From a virus (Duplodnaviria > Heunggongvirae > Uroviricota > Caudoviricetes): a stretch of 27,765 nt of DNA. The notes under the pieces are model-generated. The model saw only the letters and a program-made list of their open reading frames with translations, searched no databases and was not told where the DNA came from. Location: IMG/VR virus record IMGVR_UViG_2910596823_000004, one strand, 5' to 3'. The translations under genes and the position numbers were made by a program. This document shows positions 25,182-27,765 of the stretch, piece after piece (position 1 is the stretch's first letter; each line of letters starts with the position of its first letter).

Positions 25182-25462
25182 TTACGCGGCAGGTGCTTCG
25201 GTCACTTTGACCGTTGCTGTCGCTTCGTAGGTTCCGTCTTCGCAAGTAATTTCGCAGATTCGTCGTCCGGTACAGTCGGCTCAGCCGGAGTAGTGGAAAC
25301 GGACGGGACGAATGGAACCGCCTGGAGGCAAGCAGCAAGACGTCTCTGCTGGCGCTCACCCAAAGGCTCGTCAGAGATGGAATGAGTGAATCCGGTGCCG
25401 CATACATGACCCGTGAAATCCGCAAACACCTCTTCAGTGATCTTCATCTTTTGTTCTGGCAT
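25182..25462 (-). pseudogene. Ig-like (Big_2) capsid decoration gene with an internal deletion and frameshift
   Basis: Frame 0 reads ...AVPFVPSVSTTPAEPTV (start of a Big_2 domain) and then loses similarity. A second frame encodes EITCEDGTYEATATVKVTEAPAA* (end of a Big_2 domain, stop at 25182). The domain core is missing. Confidence 0.65.
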
Positions 25463-25475
25463 TTCTCGCTCCTAC

Positions 25476-25503
25476 AAAAAGGGTGGGCGTATAGCCCACC
25501 CTT
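25476..25503 (-). terminator. Intrinsic terminator after the major capsid gene
   Basis: AAGGGTGGGC-TATAC-GCCCACCCTT followed by TTT. Confidence 0.85.
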
Positions 25504-25509
25504 AAACGG

Positions 25510-25527
25510 TAGATAATTACTTACCTA
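25510..25527. promoter_or_regulatory. 18-bp palindromic box, copy E (TAGATAATTACTTACCTA)
   Basis: 4 mismatches to consensus; lies between the capsid stop and the terminator. Confidence 0.55.
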
Positions 25528-25536
25528 CTATACTGA

Positions 25537-26418
25537 TCAAATTTTTACGTTGGTCAGTGCGGCGATAGCCTTGTCGTGCTTGTTCGCCAGAGAGCAGTAC
25601 CACTTAACGCGGGTACGTACTGCGTCTTTGTTCTGTACAGTACCGATGTTCTCAACAACGATACCGGCGTTTTCGCCACCGTACAGACCGGTCACGCCGT
25701 TCTCTTCGGACAGGTGCAGACAGTAGATGTCCGCAGCGGTGTTGTCTTCGCTCTTCGGAATGAAGTCGTTGATGATGAACGGAACACCGTTATGGCACAG
25801 CATCGGACGACCGAAGTTCTCCATCATGATTTCGGACGGGCCTACGTTGACGGTACGCAGCAGAGCGCGGTACGCACGCAGGTGTTCGGAACGCATCATG
25901 ATGCAGTCAGCGCCTAGGTCTTTCACCGCGTCCACCAGCTCGTCGAACATGGAGAACGTCATGGAAGCCTTAGCGATGTCGATCTTCTGATCGTTGTGCA
26001 TCAGCTTCGGAATACCGTCGAATGCTTTGGTGTTCTCGGTGGAGTTACCCAGAATCAGGTTGCGACGGAATGCACGCGCCAGACCTTTCACCTTCTGACG
26101 AACCTGGATTGCCAGCTGGCTGTTGGTGTCAGACATAGTGGTCGCCAGGAATTTGTCGACGTCTACGTCGCCTGCCAGGATACGCAGTTTCGCAACGTGT
26201 TCGGTGAAGGTTGCAGCGCCTTCGGTGATGGTGTCGTTCACATCAATAAAGGTTGCTTCGCTCAGGGTAGCTTCACGGTTGTAGAGGTATGCCTTAGAAT
26301 TAATCTTCATGAAAGGCAGAACAGCGAACAGGTCATCGCGATCGATGATGGTCTCGATCACACCCTGCTCAAGTTCGTTGTTAGACAGCTTTTCAGCTTC
26401 ATCACGCAGTAATGGCAT
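25537..26418 (-). CDS. Major capsid protein (HK97 fold)
   Basis: 293 aa following the scaffold; E-loop-like YLYNRE, GDVDVDKF, FDGI.K and C-terminal RTRVKWYCSLA...AIAALTNV. Confidence 0.9.
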   Translation of the reverse strand: MPLLRDEAEKLSNNELEQGVIETIIDRDDLFAVLPFMKINSKAYLYNREATLSEATFIDVNDTITEGAATFTEHVAKLRILAGDVDVDKFLATTMSDTNSQLAIQVRQKVKGLARAFRRNLILGNSTENTKAFDGIPKLMHNDQKIDIAKASMTFSMFDELVDAVKDLGADCIMMRSEHLRAYRALLRTVNVGPSEIMMENFGRPMLCHNGVPFIINDFIPKSEDNTAADIYCLHLSEENGVTGLYGGENAGIVVENIGTVQNKDAVRTRVKWYCSLANKHDKAIAALTNVKI

Positions 26419-26444
26419 CTTTCATTTCCCTATGATTTAAGATG

Positions 26445-27341
26445 TTACTTGAGTCCGATTTTCCCCAGACCGGAGGTCAACTTATCCATAGTCGACTTGC
26501 TCTTCGGCTGGTTTACTTTGTGGGTCGGTTTGCTATTGGAACCAGCACCCTGCTTGGCTTCGCTGCGCAACAGTGCGTCAGCTTCCGGATCTGCACGCAG
26601 AATACGCTCAATCGCGGATTCGAACGGTAACGGTTTGCCTTCACCGTCAACCAGAACTGCACGTTCTTTCTGACCGGCTGGCTTATCAAAGCCCACAACA
26701 CTACCGTCTTCACCCACTTCGAAATGAGATCCGTAGATAACGCGAGCCTTAGCCGGAGTCATCAGAACTTTGTCACGCAGGAAGGCAGAGCCGCTGAAGG
26801 AAGCGCCAACAGTCATTTCGACCAGTTGAGCCTTCAGTGCGGCGTTCTCGCTCTCCAGAGCGGAGTAGCGTTCGTCGCGCTGTGCCAGTTCAGCCTGGTG
26901 CGCTTCGATCATCTGCTTTTTCACAGCATCGAACTCACCACGGCGTTCCAGTTCAGCCTGCTCCGCCTCCCGACGTGCGGTTTCTGCGGCTTGTTCAGCT
27001 TCGAGAAGCTGGCGAGCACGCGCCGGGTCAATATCACCGTACTGAGCCAGCTGATCGGCCAATGTGCGCTCTTTCTCCTTGCGCTTCATGTTCTCTTTCA
27101 GCAGGTCTGCACCGGCTTTCTTGGACTTACGCAGTTCTGCCAGCAATTCTTCCTGAGTCATACCGGCATACTCGTCGTCGTCACCCTTCGGTTGCTCTTT
27201 TTGCTCGCCCTGTTTGCCTGGGTCTTGATTGCCCTGCTCATTGTCTCCAGCAGGAGCACCGCCACCAGCGCCTCCGCGCTCATGCGCTTCGGCTACATCC
27301 ATCAGGCCACGACGGGCCATAAGCATTTGCCACAGATTCAT
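26445..27341 (-). CDS. Capsid scaffolding protein
   Basis: 298 aa; Gly-rich acidic N-terminus, long coiled coil, and basic C-terminal tail; lies between portal and capsid. Confidence 0.85.
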   Translation of the reverse strand: MNLWQMLMARRGLMDVAEAHERGGAGGGAPAGDNEQGNQDPGKQGEQKEQPKGDDDEYAGMTQEELLAELRKSKKAGADLLKENMKRKEKERTLADQLAQYGDIDPARARQLLEAEQAAETARREAEQAELERRGEFDAVKKQMIEAHQAELAQRDERYSALESENAALKAQLVEMTVGASFSGSAFLRDKVLMTPAKARVIYGSHFEVGEDGSVVGFDKPAGQKERAVLVDGEGKPLPFESAIERILRADPEADALLRSEAKQGAGSNSKPTHKVNQPKSKSTMDKLTSGLGKIGLK

Positions 27342-27363
27342 AGAAATTCCTTTTCGTTACTTA

Positions 27364-27765
27364 TCACTCGGTCTCTTGAGTAGATGAGTCCCCATTCCCT
27401 CGGGGTTGATCTTGCCCGCTTTCTTGGGCTGCATCTCGATCATAAGTAAGTACTGACTTATTTTCAAGGGTGTTAAGATCATTTTTTGGAGGAAATTTCA
27501 AGAGATCTTTTTGAAATTCCTTTTGCATCACCTCGGAAATGTTCGGGAAGACCTTCTCGATGAGCATTTCCATCTGATGACGACGAACAGAATCAGGCGC
27601 CTGGAGCAGCGACAGTTTCTCAGCAACGGCAAACTCGTCAGTCAGACCGCGAATGTCGAAACTTTCCGGGTACGCGATCAGAGAGTGGTCTTCATCCAGT
27701 TCGACACCCATCCATTTCGCTGCCAGCTGCATCATCTGGCGCTCTGCCCTTTCGAGGCGCTCTGC
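27364..27765 (-). CDS. Portal protein, C-terminal part (continues past the right edge)
   Basis: The frame is open to position 27765 (AERLERAERQMMQLAAKWMG...YPESFDI); position upstream of the scaffold and an I.YP..F pattern typical of portal C-termini. Confidence 0.75.
   Translation of the reverse strand, partial: AERLERAERQMMQLAAKWMGVELDEDHSLIAYPESFDIRGLTDEFAVAEKLSLLQAPDSVRRHQMEMLIEKVFPNISEVMQKEFQKDLLKFPPKNDLNTLENKSVLTYDRDAAQESGQDQPRGNGDSSTQETE
27439..27467 (-). promoter_or_regulatory. Internal promoter in the portal gene whose spacer is occupied by 18-bp box copy F (27443-27460)
   Basis: TTGAAA-17 bp-TATGAT. The box TAAGTAAGTACTGACTTA (1 mismatch) covers 16 of the 17 spacer bp and the first two bases of the -10. 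Confidence 0.7.

Larger units (their letters stand above)
1..27765 (-). mobile_element. Phage-plasmid (SSU5/pHCM2-like siphovirus prophage maintained as a plasmid): head, tail, lysis and partition region
   Basis: Co-oriented portal-scaffold-capsid-neck-tail-TMP-tip-fibre-lysis gene run next to a ParA/RHH partition pair; no integrase or att site in the window. Family assignment is by recognition of gene order and content. Confidence 0.85.

Noticed and set aside
25150-25425. 91-aa minus-strand ORF overlapping the decoration gene
   Set aside because: Third-frame ORF with no RBS and no motif; the locus is better explained as a damaged Ig-domain gene.
1-27765. tRNA, rRNA, IS elements, integrase or resistance genes
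   Set aside because: No cloverleaf, rRNA-like segment, transposase, terminal inverted repeats or recognisable resistance protein was seen.

Overview
The window is the virion-morphogenesis, lysis and partition segment of a temperate siphovirus-type phage-plasmid. Gene content and order resemble the SSU5/pHCM2-like elements of Enterobacteriaceae (recognised from memory, not from a database search). Almost everything is on the minus strand. Reading right to left: portal (partial), scaffold, major capsid, a damaged Ig-domain decoration gene, neck and tail-completion genes, tail tube (Big_2), tail chaperones G/GT (-1 frameshift), tape measure, lambda-like M/L/K/I/J tail tip, long side fibre with a C-terminal chaperone, gp38-like adhesin, a two-gene tail-tip pair plus cor, holin-like gene/endolysin/Rz/Rz1, a self-contained two-gene accessory operon (GNAT-like), and a type Ib parA plus RHH partner. 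The most striking non-genic signals are two regulatory layers. (1) An 18-bp palindrome, consensus TAAGTAAGTACTTACTTA, occurs six times, once ahead of each structural or lysis module. (2) At 10-12 late genes the Shine-Dalgarno GGA sits in the loop of a short hairpin, the typical architecture of CsrA/RsmA-type binding sites. Several starts were moved from the ORF track to internal ATGs on RBS and overlap evidence.
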